From an uncultured delta proteobacterium (lineage in GTDB: Bacteria > Desulfobacterota > WTBG01), in NCBI GenBank assembly GCA_963793865.1, contig CAWCBP010000006.1:186742-250741 (forward strand): a DNA stretch of 64,000 nucleotides. The letters run 5' to 3'. A program made the position numbers and the translations under genes. Position 1 is the first letter of the stretch, and each line of letters begins with the position of its first letter. Below are positions 50,996 to 62,841 of this stretch, piece by piece. A model generated the notes under the pieces. It saw nothing but the letters and a program-made list of their open reading frames with translations. It was not told the DNA's origin and ran no database searches.

Positions 50996-51015
50996 CATTA
51001 ATCCAACCTCCCTCC

Positions 51016-54000
51016 TCAGTAGCCGCACCAATCACCCACCACACATGCGGGGCAGCGATTAATAATTGTGCTTCTGCCGAAATCCCTCTTGAAATCAAAC
51101 GCGTCGGATCCGTCAACATCTCCATCGCAGCGGAAATCCCCGTTGCAGGGTGAAGCGCCGGTGCAGGGATTTATGATAATGCTTCTGCCGAAATCCCCCT
51201 TGAAGATAAAAGCGTCGGATCCGTCAACATCGCCGTCACAGTTAAAGTTCCCTTCGCAGTCACATGCATCCCCGATGCCGTTTCCGTCGGGGGGATAGGT
51301 GTCTTCCTGGCCCGGGTTAAAGGTGGCGGCGCAGTTATCTGAACCCAGGCAAGCGGGAGATGATTCTCCCGGATTGCATATGCCGTCACAATCGTCGTCT
51401 GCGTCACATGCCGTGCTTACCCCCCACTCATTCAGCAGGGGGGTTGACAGAGGATCAGCGGTTGACAGTTCGCCATAGAGCCGTATGGGAGCGGCACCGA
51501 GAGCAGAGATATTGTCACCCGGGTTTACAGCAGGCAGCAGGATTGCTCCTGCTTCATCAAGAATGGCGTATGCGATGCTGGTGCCCGCGGGGCGGGTGTC
51601 ATCGGCGTAGAAGGAATTCCATCCTCCGGGAGGAGGCGGTATCAGCACCGAGGTAAGGTGACCCGCAGGTTTGTAGGTCAGCCCATAGTCTCCGGCTATT
51701 TCTTCGGGGGATAACGCACGGGATAAAAACCTGAGCTCATCAATTATCCCGTTGTAGTAGCGGTAATCAGTGGACCAGGGGATATATCCTATGTTAAGCG
51801 GTCCTGTGTTAGCAAGGATGGAAGTGCCTGCCGGAATTGAGTCTCTTCGTGTGTACGCAACCTCGGCACCATTCTGATAGAGGCTGATGTAGGTGCTCTC
51901 CGCCGGGTTCATTGCATAGGTCATGGCGATATGAGTCCAGGTCCCCGTGGGAACAGCGCCGCCATTGGCATAGTACTCTAGTACCTGACGAAGCGGGCCT
52001 TATGAAAGCCTGGATTTCTCCGTTCTCAAGATATATCCCGTACGCGTAATCCGACCCTCCGGGTGTCATCTTGATGGCGAGATAGTTGTTCTGTTTGTTG
52101 AGAGACGGATTGACCCACATCTCCATGGTCAGGGCATCTCCCGGATTAAGCACCGGGGAATGCGGAACGGTTACAGATCCGCTGCTGCCGTCGAAGACCA
52201 GGCCGTTTGAGAATATTCCGGAGGTCCAGTCAACCCCGCCTGCGGGTGAACCATCATTTCCATTGCCGCTTGAATCGATGACGTTTTGCGGCGGTATCAG
52301 CCCGTCTGCCGCAATCTCTGACGGAGAAAGGGCCCTGCCCAGAATTCTCAGTTCATCTATGAGCCCCTCGTAGTAATAGTAGCCGCCGATGGGGAGACAT
52401 CCGATGTTGAGCGACCCGGTATTGGTCAGGATGGAAGTGGCGGCTGGAATGGTGTCTGTTTGCCTATAGGTGACCTCGACTCCGTTCTGATAGAGCCTGA
52501 CGTGGGTGCTCTCCGTCGGATTTATTTCATAGGTCATGGCAATGTGCGTCCAGCTTCCGGCAGGAGCATATCCGCCATACGAATAGTACTCCCCGCCTCC
52601 GGAAGAGGGTCTTACGAAGGCCTGAATCTCTCCATTGTCAAGATATAATCCGTATGCGTAGTCATTGCCGCCGGGTGTGACCTTGCTTACGACATAGTCA
52701 ACCGGTTTGTTGACAGAGGGGTTGACCCATGCCTCAATGGTAATGGCAGCAGTGGGGTTAAGCTCCGGGCTGTCGGCCACGGTTACTATGTCGTCGCCGT
52801 CAAAGCTCAGGGCGTTGCCGTAGAGTCCGGCAGTCCAGACCGGATTTGCGACTACCCCGTCGTTTCCATTGCCGCTTGCATCAATGAGGGATTGCGGTTG
52901 TATAAGCCCATCTGCCGCAATCTCTGCCGGGGAAAGGACCCTGCCCACAATTCTCAGTTCATCTATGAGCCCCTCATAATAATAACGGGAGGTGTCGACG
53001 GGGAAGCCCCCGATGTTAAGCGATCCAGTATTGGAGAAGATGGAAGTGTTGGCCGGAATGAGGTCTCTCTGTGTGTAGGCAACTTCAACCCCATTCTGAT
53101 ACACAGCTGATGTAGGTGCTCTCCGCCGGATTCATCTCATAGGTCATGGCAACATGTGTCCAGACGCCGGGGGTAACAGAGCCGCCATTGGCATAATACT
53201 CGGTTCCGCCTGAAGCGGGCCGTATGAAAGTCGAGATTTCTCCGTTGGAAAGGTTAATCCCGTAAGAGTAGTCTCCTCCGCCTGGTGTCATTTTGCTTAC
53301 AACGTAGTTGACCGTTTTGTTGAGTGCAGGATTGACCCATGCCTCAATGGTAATGGCATTGGCGGGATTCAGTTCTGCGCTGTCAGCTGCGGTGACTATG
53401 TCGTTGCCGTCGAAGCTCAAAGCGTTACCGTACAGTCCCGCTGTCCAGGCAGGTGCGTTCAATGTCCCTTCGTCGTTAATGGATCCGCCGGAATCCGCTG
53501 TGGTAATTCCCGTCCCTTCATTAAAGTGGTACCAGGCCAGCGTCTGGTCCAGCGGAGCATACTCGCCGGGGTAATTGGGCACCGACGGGTCTTCGTTCAT
53601 ATGGTACCAGGCCAGCGTCTGGGCCAGGGGTGTGTATTCACCGGGGTAACTCGGGGGCGGAGAGGGATCTTCGTTCATGTGGTACCAGGCCATGGTATCA
53701 GGTTTGGAAGCGTACTCAGCAGCGCTCAAATCACTCTGGAGTTCTACGTGGCCATCGGGGCCTTTGGAGAAGGCGAGGCCGGTTTCATAGGTGTTGGCAG
53801 GGTAGGCGGAATAGGAATCGGTTCCGCCATAGTACAGGTACATGGTATCCCCTACTACAACGGACTCGCACGGTAGAGTGCCTTAACCGTGTCAACAAAG
53901 TTGGTGCCCAGCCAGGGCGGCTGATAGAAGGTCCAAGTCTCGCCGGGTGTCATGGCGGGCTGTGGATTCTGGGTCCAGTTGATGCCGTCCGGTGAGGTTG

Positions 54001-55049
54001 CAAGCCCGATCACGGTTCCTGCATATGCAAAGGTGGGCTGGGCAAGGTAATACATCCAGTACTGGTCCTGGAAGTAGATGACATCCAGGTGGCTGATGCC
54101 GCCTTGATCGTAGGTGCCCGGTGTGGGTTGCAGGACTATAACACCGTCATTCCATGTCCCGTTGTGAGGGGTCCAGTTGATGCCGTCGGGGGAAGTGGCG
54201 TAGCCAACGCGCCCGTTGGAAGAAACGGAACCCCAGCAGAACCAGGCATGGAAGGTGCCGCTTGCCTGGTCATAGACAATAGCGGGGCATGCGCTGTAAC
54301 TGGGGATGAGGGGGTTAGAGGGGTATTTGGTATAGTGCAAGACCGTCATACGAGAGTGAAACGCCGATGGTTGATCCGGCCGGGCCGCCGCCAGTGTAAT
54401 ACAGGAACCATGATTCTCCATTTGGTCCCTTGCCAGGGGCATAGACAAGATCGGGGTCACACAGCTCGGTATTGCCGTCCCAGGTGCCATATGGTCCGGG
54501 CGCGACCACGGGGTTTGTGTAGTCGGAGGTTTTTTCCCAGTTGATACCGTCGTTTGATCTGACGATTGATGGCCTTTCCCACCAGTAGTCGTCATACTTA
54601 TTACCGGGATCTGGGGAGGGATTTGGCTTTCGACACCCGGGAGGTGGTGTGTCATCCAGTGGGGTGAAGACCATCCAGAACTTGTAGCCATCGATGCCGT
54701 CCGGGAAGTAGAGCACATCAGGATGCACTGATCCCGGTATCTGGTATAATGGGTCGGCCGGAGGGCCGTTGCCGTCCCAGGGATCACAGGTTTCAAGTGT
54801 CAGCAGGGGATTCCCCGGGTAGCGCTCAAAACTTGTCCCGATACCCGTGGAGTCTGTTATCCGGCTTACATCAGTTGACGACTCGATCCTGGAGCTATCC
54901 GCGAACGTATCGCTCCATACTTCCTGGGCGGGGGAGACCCTTCCCATGAACAAAATCATCCCAACTGTGAGAATGCCGTAACCGCACCATTTGATAATTG
55001 CCGGTAGCCGTAACCAATTCTGCTTGTCGAAAAATTTTTCTTGTAACAT
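51016..55049 (-). CDS. Large secreted protein: glycoside-hydrolase-like beta-propeller, three LamG domains and a dockerin-like C-terminus (about four frameshifts)
   Basis: Five consecutive minus-strand ORFs join: signal peptide, YPGNP/SPDGINW propeller blades, 3x (AL.FDG, TIEAWVNP, WTHIAMTY, IDELRI), twin CDGDVDGSDAF.FK.DFGRS. Confidence 0.8.
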
Positions 55050-55395
55050 GAACCACCCTCCTTTTATTATGAATTGATGATCAGACGCCCCCATGACTCA
55101 TTTTCTCATGCCCCTACTAAATAGGGGAAACAACCCGTCTCATCTTTCAAGGATTGCCGTTCTTGCAGGAATGACAAGACCGGATCATACTTTTTAAATC
55201 AGTTTGATATGCTTTTTTTTTTTAATGAATGATGAAACTGTTTATTAAATGTTGTATTTATACTACACTTAATGATTTAATACAATATATTTCTTATAAA
55301 ATCGTGCTCAGAATGCCCTACAGAAGTGGAAAGGTGCCATTTTACAGGAAAAACGCATATGAAGCGGGACTGGTAGTAAGTGTGGGGATTTTTTG

Positions 55396-55612
55396 CCGTC
55401 AACTGGGAACTGGAGGGGGCAGGGTCGAAAATGAGGGTACAGGGTTTAGGGAACAGGGAACAGGGAAAAAACTAGGGTGGAGGGGTGCAGGGAGAATCAA
55501 GTGCAATTACGAATTGCTTGTTACCTGGTTTCCTGGTTAAACAACTAATCAGCAGACCAGCCGGCAAGCACGCCGGCTTAACAGGTAAACCAGTCAACCG
55601 GCTAACTAGCTC
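55396..55612. repeat. Mosaic repeat element G (degenerate)
   Basis: AACTGGGAACTG, CAGGG arrays, AATTACGAATT, CTGGTT/AACCAG arrays. Confidence 0.65.
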
Positions 55613-55625
55613 AACAAGCATTGGT

Positions 55626-55639
55626 CCTTAGCAATACGT
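55626..55639. other. Probable Oxford Nanopore adapter remnant marking a chimeric junction
   Basis: CCTTAGCAATACGT matches the reverse-complemented native-barcode flank/adapter as recalled; coincides with an abrupt change in sequence style. Confidence 0.65.
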
Positions 55640-55659
55640 CTCTTAACCAAGAACAGGGC

Positions 55660-56126
55660 ATAACCGGGCGTCGCGGCTCTCCGCGTTCGTCGGCCGGCAG
55701 CCTGACCGGCGACCTGCGCCAGTTCGGGTACGCCGCCTGGAGCGGGACCGTATCCTGGGTGATTGCGACGATCGTGGTGTACATCGTGGGCCGTACCCTT
55801 GCGTGCAGGGGTTACTATACCAGGACCATGCGCACCCTGGGTTTCGCGGAGGTGATGGCCGTCGCCAGCCTGTTGGCGCTGATCCCGGATGCACTCGGCG
55901 TAATCCTGGCTCGGACTTGCTCCTCGAATTCGTGGCCTTGTGGATGGCAGCCAGCGCCGCTCACGCGGTGGCGGCCGGTTGGCGCAGCCTGTTGCTGCCG
56001 GTGATGGCCAGCCTGTTGGCCACCGTCATTCCGCTGTTGGTGTCGGCATTGCTGGCCAGTGCGGTCGGCGGCATCGAGAGCGTCATGGGGCAACTGGGGC
56101 TGACCGGGGGCGGGGTGAGCCGATAG
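55660..56126 (+). CDS. C-terminal fragment of a membrane protein (Yip1-like), frameshifted
   Basis: Hydrophobic helices across ORFs 55621-56004 and 55803-56126; RTLGFA motif. Confidence 0.45.
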
Positions 56127-56192
56127 GCGCCGGCAGGTGGGCGAAAGCGAGACGCGAGCCGGGTGCGATGAGGTAGCAGGGAGCAGAGTAAC

Positions 56193-56644
56193 ATGATCCA
56201 ACCAGAGATTCTGATATCCGATGCGAACGCGGTACAGCAGATCACGGAGGCGATCGAAGCCTTCAACGCCCGCGACCTGGACCGGTGGACCCGTTTCTAT
56301 GCCGAGGACGCCCTGCATTACCAGCCGAGCCTCGCCGAACCTTTCCGCGGCCGGGCTGCCATCCGGGAGGACTACCGGACGTCCACGCGGGTCGTGTTCC
56401 AGATTTCCAATTCGAGTTCCTGCGCCCTTTGGGCGAAGGGCGCTGGTATTGCATCGAGGGAACGTTCACCGGCACGCACCAGGGGCCCCTGACCGGCCCC
56501 GGAGGGACCGTCGTGGCGCCGAGCCACAGGCCCGTTGGTGTTCCTATATGCTTCGTTCTCAAGCTCGGGAACGGCGAGGCTGTGGAAGTGCACGAGTACA
56601 ACGACCAGCTCGGATTGCTCGCCCAGTTTGGTCTGGCAACGTAG
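56193..56644 (+). CDS. SnoaL-like / ester cyclase family protein (frameshift near 56395)
   Basis: EAFNARDLD..YAEDA..GRAAIRE; FTGTHQGPL.GP..Y.DQLGLLAQ.G. Confidence 0.75.
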
Positions 56645-56702
56645 CCACCGGGCTACCAGCGGGACTTGACAGATGTTATTTTGTAGATACACTAGCTGCA
56701 TC

Positions 56703-57173
56703 ATGCAGATAAGTCAGACGCAGGGCGTGACAGACCAGTCGTTTCTCGATCGGGTAGATCAGGTTACGCGACGCTTGTGCGCGATTTGGAGTGCTGTGAC
56801 CGGGCATTGGTCGGCTGCTGCGGCCTCACCGTCGCACAATCGTACGCTCTGCGGCGCTGGGAATTGGGCACCGCCACCATGAACGAATTCGCCGCCGAGA
56901 TGCGCCTGCACGGGACGACGATGACGCGGATGGTGGACGCGCTGACCGCCAAAGGACTGGTGGAGCGAAGGCCCGATCGGAGGACCGGCGGATCGTGCGC
57001 GTCGCGCTCAGCCCTGCCGGCCAGGAGATGGCAACGAGAGTACAGGAAAGCAAGCGCACGATGCTGTCAGAGGCGCTCGCCGATTTACCGGCGGGCGAAC
57101 AGGGAAGATCCTCAAAGCTCTGGAGCGTATGGCAGATCTGCTGGGGCGAATCAGTGCGAGTTGCTGCGGCTGA
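56703..57173 (+). CDS. Cys-rich MarR family regulator (several frameshifts)
   Basis: ECCD...CCGLTVAQ, TMTRMVDAL..KGLVER..D.R, V.LSPAG; C-terminal SCCG. Confidence 0.7.
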
Positions 57174-57308
57174 TGGGTTGGGTGCAGCCGCCTTTTTTTG
57201 ACCATATATCTGTATGATGCATCTGGTGTAGTTTGCATTATTTCGTGGAGCGCCGCGGTAGAGGCGCTTTGGAGAGCGGCCACAACACAACTCGAGGAGG
57301 TATCACAG

Positions 57309-58183
57309 ATGTCAGCGAAAGAAGCGGGTAGGAACGTCGAGACGCAGGAGGCGAGCGCCGAGCAGATCAAGCAAGGCGTGCGTGAGGTGTATGCGGCACG
57401 GGTCAGCGGCGATGCCGGCCAGAGGCCGGCAGCGCCGGGATCGCGAAATCGCCAGCGCACGGATCTGATCGAACTGGTCGGCTATTCCCCCGGCGACCTG
57501 GCTGCGGTGCCGGCTGACGCTGCCGCCTACTCATTCGGCTGCGGCAACCCCTTGGGTTTCAGCGGCGTCAAGGCCGGGGACGTGGTGCTGGACATCGGAT
57601 CGGGGGCCGGCATGGATGCTCTGCTGGCGGCCAGGCTGGTGGGCCCGCCGGCAAGGTGATCGGCCTGGACATGACGCCCGAGATGATTGCGAAAGCCACG
57701 CAGAACGCCGAGCGGGCCGGCGCGACGAACGTCGAGTTCCGGCTGGGGGACGCCGAGCAGATGCCGGTCCCAGATGCTTCGGTGGACTGGGTGATCTCGA
57801 ACTGCGTGATCAACCTGGCTCCCGACAAGCGTAAGGTCTTTGGCGAGATCGTGCGCGTGCTGAAGCCCGGCGGGCAGGTGGCGATATCCGACATAGTCAC
57901 GGGGGATCTGCCGCAAGCAATCCGGCAGGGTCTGGCGGCGTGGGCCGCCTGCGTCGGCGGGGCGATCAACGAAGGTGAGTACCTGGAGACGATGCGCGAG
58001 GCCGGCCTGTCCGATGTGCAGGTGATCGCGCGCCAGACCTACGATGTGGCGTCGGTGCGCGGCATGATCGACGAAATGGCGTCCTCGGTCAGCCTGCCAC
58101 CCGAATTGGTGGAGGCTGCCTGCTCTCCCGCGGTCGTGAGCCAGATCTGGAGCGCGCGGATCACTGCCGGCAAGCCGGGTTGA
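57309..58183 (+). CDS. arsM: Arsenite methyltransferase-like SAM-dependent methyltransferase (frameshift near 57652)
   Basis: SFGCGNP, VLDIGSGAGMD, GLDMT, ISNCVINL.PDK, WAACVGGA. Confidence 0.8.
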
Positions 58184-58325
58184 GCGCATAGGCGGGGGAT
58201 CTGCATGAATGGCCGCCATCCAGGTACGCGATGACGGCTGCAGAGCCCAAGGCAGGGGATACGTGTGGTGATATACTGGTCGATGACGGTCGAAAAAATG
58301 GGCCGGAATCGAGGGAGCGAGCTAA

Positions 58326-58547
58326 ATGCAGAAGAGAAAGCAGTGGCAGGATTTTACCCCCACGCAGCAGAAGGGCATGGTGGCAGTGGGAGTGGTGCAG
58401 GTGCTCCTGGTCGCAGCGCTCTGGGACATCTGGCATCGTCCTGAAGATGAGATCAGGGGCGACCGGCGAATGTGGACCCCGATTTCGTTCGTGAATATCG
58501 TGGGCCCGCTGTCCTACTTCATATTTGGGCGCGGGCGCTGCTGCTAG
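58326..58547 (+). CDS. PLDc_N-like small membrane protein
   Basis: ALWDI..RP...IRG...W...FVN.VGPL.YF.FGR. Confidence 0.7.
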   Translation: MQKRKQWQDFTPTQQKGMVAVGVVQVLLVAALWDIWHRPEDEIRGDRRMWTPISFVNIVGPLSYFIFGRGRCC

Positions 58548-58658
58548 CGGTCCGGTAGCCGCCTTGACGTGCGGGCGGGTATGGTCGCCGCGTATGTTTT
58601 GCGCCCGCATCACGGTGACCCTTAGCCGGCATTCATTTGTGCGAGTTGTCACACCCTA

Positions 58659-58687
58659 TTGACAATTCTTATACTACATACTATGGT
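58659..58687 (+). promoter_or_regulatory. Putative sigma70 promoter
   Basis: TTGACA-17 nt-TATGGT. Confidence 0.55.
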
Positions 58688-58826
58688 AATATAGCGCTTG
58701 GCCGCCCCGTAAGACTCCCGCTCCACCTCGGGCTCGCACCTCGCCTTGGGAAGCGGGCACGGGGCGGTTTCGCAGACCACGATTGGCTCTCCAGCCGGGG
58801 CCGTCAATCTTCCCGCGAGGTGAGAT

Positions 58827-59126
58827 ATGTACACCGTCATCCGGCGTTTAAAGGCTGATCCCACCAACACGAAGGAGATCATGCGTCACGCCGAGGACAG
58901 CTTCTTGCCAATCGTCAGCAAGCTGCCGGGGTTCATGAACTACACGTTGCTGGACGGCGGCAACGGCGACCTGACAACGATCGCCGTCTTTTGCGACCGC
59001 CAGGGCTCGCAGCAGTACGTGAAGTCAGCGGACGAATTCGTGCGAAAGACGCTGACACGGCTACTTCCAAATCTACCGACACCTATCGAAGGCGAGGTGC
59101 GGGTTCATCACGAGCAGATGCAATGA
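58827..59126 (+). CDS. ABM-like dimeric alpha/beta-barrel protein
   Basis: MYTVIRR, F.PIVSK.PGF..Y, IEGEV; RBS GAGGTG. Confidence 0.65.
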   Translation: MYTVIRRLKADPTNTKEIMRHAEDSFLPIVSKLPGFMNYTLLDGGNGDLTTIAVFCDRQGSQQYVKSADEFVRKTLTRLLPNLPTPIEGEVRVHHEQMQ

Positions 59127-59422
59127 CATCCCTGCTAAGGATCCTATGACGCTCTAACACATGACATGTGGGGCCGCTGCCCGGAGGTGGGCAGCGGCCG
59201 TTTTCATTCCGCTGACGGGAGCCCCTTGCAACAGACTCACAAGTTCGTCCGGCGTTGCAGCGCTCACACAGGGAAAACGGGATTGCCGGCCACATAAAGC
59301 ACTGTGCTTCGAGTCGCATTGTCGCGGCAATGCCAGGCTGATTTTGTGGAGCGCAGCCGGTGGGGGGTCACCGTGCGCCGTACCTTGGCGAAACTGTCAC
59401 GTGTCTCGAGCCGGAGATCATC

Positions 59423-61325
59423 ATGGCTACTGCGACCCGTTTGGAGAGACGCGGAGCTGGGGGCAGGCGCGAGCGCAGTCCCACCGTGCGGAGCACCACC
59501 CTCTTTGACTGGACCGTTACCCTGCTGTCCGTCTGGATGACTGCCGGACTGTATCTTGACGGGTGGGCGCACCAGGACGGGAGGGTGGACGATACGTTCT
59601 TCACCCCCTGGCATGCCGTCCTGTACAGCGGCGTCTTTGCCATGCTCCTCTTCCTGCTTTTCCATCAAGTGCGAAACATGCTCAGGGGCGCCGCCGGGAT
59701 ACGCTCTGCCGGTTGGTTACCGGCTATCAATGCTGGGAGCGCTGCTGTTCGTGATGGGGGCGCGGTCGACATGCTCTGGGCACGAGCTGTTTGGGGTAGA
59801 GGCAAACCTGGAAGCATTGTTGAGCCCCACCCACCTGCTGCTCGCTGCCAGCGGAGTACTCATCGTCAGCGGGCCGCTCCGCGTGATATGGCCGCGACGC
59901 AGGCTCGGCTAGCTGCACAGTTGGCGAGTATTCGGCCCGGCGATATTGTCGATGATGCTGCTGCTGTCAGCCTTGACCTTCTTCACCCAGTTTGCACACC
60001 CATTCCACGAGACGTTAGCCGCAACAGATCCGTCGTTCCAGGCGTTGCACTCAGACATCTACATCATGAACGCAGATGGCGCCGCGGAAACGCGCCTGAC
60101 CGTCAGCTCGAAGCGAGGGGGTTGGGTTCTCGGCGTGGTCTCCAGACGGCAGCAAGATCGCCTTCAGCAGCACTCCGGAGACAGACCCAGAGGCATCGCC
60201 CGAGCTCTATCTCATGAACTCGGACGGCACGGGTTGGACACAACTCACCCGAAACGGGCGCGTGGATTATTTCCCCCTCGTGGTCACGAGACGGGACTAA
60301 GATTGCCTTCACGGCACGTGCGGGCACGGAGTCAGGCGGCTCGGGAATCTACGTGATCCAGGTGGATGGGGGTCAGGAGGGGGAGCGGATGCATAACGAT
60401 TCGTGGCGACACCGGTGGATCGCGGTCGCCGGCTGGCATGGAGATCGTGTTCGGCGCCCTGCGCAGCGGCGAGTGGCAGATCTACCAGATGGATGCGGAC
60501 GGAAGCCACCGGACGCAGTTGACTGCGGGCGGGGGTGGGTATGCGCCTGCCTGGTCGCCGGATGGGAGCAGGATTGCCTTCACATCCGACCGGTTCGGGA
60601 ATAATGACATCTTCGTCATGAATTCCGACGCCACAACCTGCTCCGGCTGACGGAGAACGATGCCCGCGACGATAGTCCATCGTGGTCGCCGGACGGCAGC
60701 AAGATCGTCTTTTCGTCAGATCGGCGGTATAAATGATATCTACGCGATGAACGCCGACGGAAGCGGCGCGGCGAACCTGTCGCAGAACGCGTCCATGTGG
60801 GACGGCGTACCCGCCTGGTCGCCGGATGGCAACAGGATTGTGCACACTGTGTAGGGGGATGCCGAGCGGCCTGCTGGATTGCTGCAATCGCTTGGCATTG
60901 CGGGCATACTGCTTCAGTCCGGGCTGCTGATGGGGGTGGTGCTATTCCTTGCGCGATCGGGGAGGCTGCCGTTCGGTGCGATGACCCTGATCGTGGGCGT
61001 GAACGGCGCCATGATGACGGTTTTGCAGGACCAGTACGTGCTGGCGCTGCGGTCCTGCTCGCCGGGCTGATCGCCGACCTGCTCTTCTGGTGGTTGCAGC
61101 CCTCGGAGACGAGGCGTTTCGAGTTCTATCTCTTCGCCGCTCTTGTGCCGGTGGTGCTGTACAGCCTGTACTACCTGACGCTCCAGATCTCCGGTGGGAT
61201 CGCCTGGACCATCCACCTGCTGCTCGGGTCTTATCCTCCTGGCCGGGATCGTGGGGCTGTTCGTGAGCTTCTTGCTGCAATCCCCGTTGAGAACGGCAGC
61301 AGAAGAGACACGTCTACCGGAATGA
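59423..61325 (+). CDS. Polytopic membrane protein with internal TolB/PD40 beta-propeller (many frameshifts)
   Basis: GLYLDGWAH..FFTPWH, LLSPTHL TM segments; repeated IY.M.ADG / PAWSPDG.RIAF; C-terminal TM helices. Confidence 0.65.
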
Positions 61326-61406
61326 GTTCTCCAGGCCCAGCCCTGCTGCTGCGAGGATTGCAGTGGCAGCGTGTGGGGGACCGAGGAGTGACCCGCCACG
61401 ATCCCT

Positions 61407-62184
61407 TTACCTGGCGCCGACAGACTCGCCGACATCGAGTCGAAGAGCTTGCCGGCTCCCTTCTTCAGCACCCCCAGGCGAGTGGGATAGTAGTAGTCAG
61501 ATTCGAGCCAGCCCTTGTCCGCATAGTACGTATAGTCGCGAGAGCTGTCGTCGAGCTCCAGCCTTATTTTCGTTCGGCCCATCCTAAAGACCATCAGCTT
61601 GATCAACGTTGGCACCGGATAGCCTGGCTTCTCCAGTCTCGCATAGTACCGCCTGGCCTGCGCCTGCGAGGACCCTATCTATCTTGTGTTGCTGCTTCTC
61701 CGTCATCGGGTCAAGCGTCAGTAATGCAGCTGCCCTTCACGGTGTTAAAGCCCAGGCCATTGGCCACGAAATCCAGATAGTCGACAATCTTGCCGCCGCC
61801 GTAGATGCCCTGGGTGACGATGCTGGTAAAGGTCTTGCCGAAAAAGCGCGGGCGGTGAAAGGCGAAACCCAATCTGTCGAGGAACGCCTTCATGATGGCG
61901 GATACCTGGAACGAATAGTTCGGGGAGGCAAAAACGACTCCGTCAGACGCCATGATTTTCTCGATGAGCACATCCCGGTCGTCCTTCAACGGACAGTGCT
62001 CCTCGCCCTTCTGGAAGCACACCTGCAGCCTCTGCAGACCTCGAGCCGATAGTCGCTCAGGCGGACGATTTCGTACTCGATATCGCCCATTGACTGCAAA
62101 TTGCTCAGGAACTGCACGACTGCGTCGTGCGTGTGCTTCTTGCGGGCACTTCCAACGAATGCGGTGACTCTCTTCTGTGCTCAC
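61407..62184 (-). CDS. Flavodoxin-like / NADPH-dependent FMN reductase family protein (frameshifted; 3' end approximate)
   Basis: VTAFVGSARK, CRGC..CF.KGE..CPLKDD, DGVVFASPNY, MKAFLDR. Confidence 0.75.
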
Positions 62185-62402
62185 TCAGTTGTCTCCTCTT
62201 TGTGAGGCGCCGGTTCACCGAGATCAGCTTCAGTTTCAAATCGCGTATCTTGGCCAGCACCCCATGCAGGGCGGCCTGGTCGGCCAGGACCCTGCAGGAC
62301 GCTCTCACCGGCCGGACCACGCCGGATCTCCAGCCCCTCGAACCACCGACCAGTCACTGGGCAGCCGCCCTCCACGCGTATCTCATACCACTCGCGTGGC
62401 AT
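62181..62402 (-). CDS. Small conserved hypothetical protein (frameshifted)
   Basis: YEIRVEG..WFEGLEI joined to DQAALHGVLAKIRDL.L.LISVN. Confidence 0.6.
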   Translation of the reverse strand: MPREWYEIRVEGGCPVTGRWFEGLEIRRGPAGESVLQGPGRPGRPAWGAGQDTRFETEADLGEPAPHKEETTE

Positions 62403-62411
62403 CGCCCGTCC

Positions 62412-62609
62412 TCACTTCGTGAGCCTTGCGGCCGTACACCGTCTCATATCCCCGGCGGTACGGGCTGAGGCGCTCGATGATGTTGAGTGGAACCACTCAG
62501 GCAGCCCGTTCTGCTTTTGTCTCTCGTTCCGGCAGAGCGAGCAATTGACGCACTCCTCTGCTTGCTTCCTGTCCCGCTCCGTGATCTGCCGGCCGATTGC
62601 ATGCTCCAT
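62412..62609 (-). CDS. Small hypothetical protein with CxxCxxC (possibly frameshifted)
   Basis: RBS GGAGGG; CVNCSLC. Confidence 0.4.
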   Translation of the reverse strand: MEHAIGRQITERDRKQAEECVNCSLCRNERQKQNGLPEWFHSTSSSASARTAGDMRRCTAARLTK

Positions 62610-62841
62610 CTTTGCTTCCCCTCCCTCTTATGTCGATCACCTGAGGCTCAGGTGCGGGTCCACTGCCCACCTCCATCTCACTCAGCATGGCGCCATTATG
62701 GGATTCACACGGGCGGCTGTCATCGGCCGATTGCTCTATGTGGGGTTTATCTATCGGAGTTTACCGGTGCTGCGAAGCGGGGGCCGGCGCTTGCCACGGA
62801 GCAGGGAGCCGGCCGGAACCTGAGCGGGGTAGAGCTGACGA

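Noticed and set aside
42403..51153. Short ORFs inside the repeat elements (e.g. 42819-43226, 46030-46245, 49173-49403, 50586-50822; also 19942-20385)
   Set aside because: They translate low-complexity tandem repeats, frames are not conserved between copies and there are no protein motifs.
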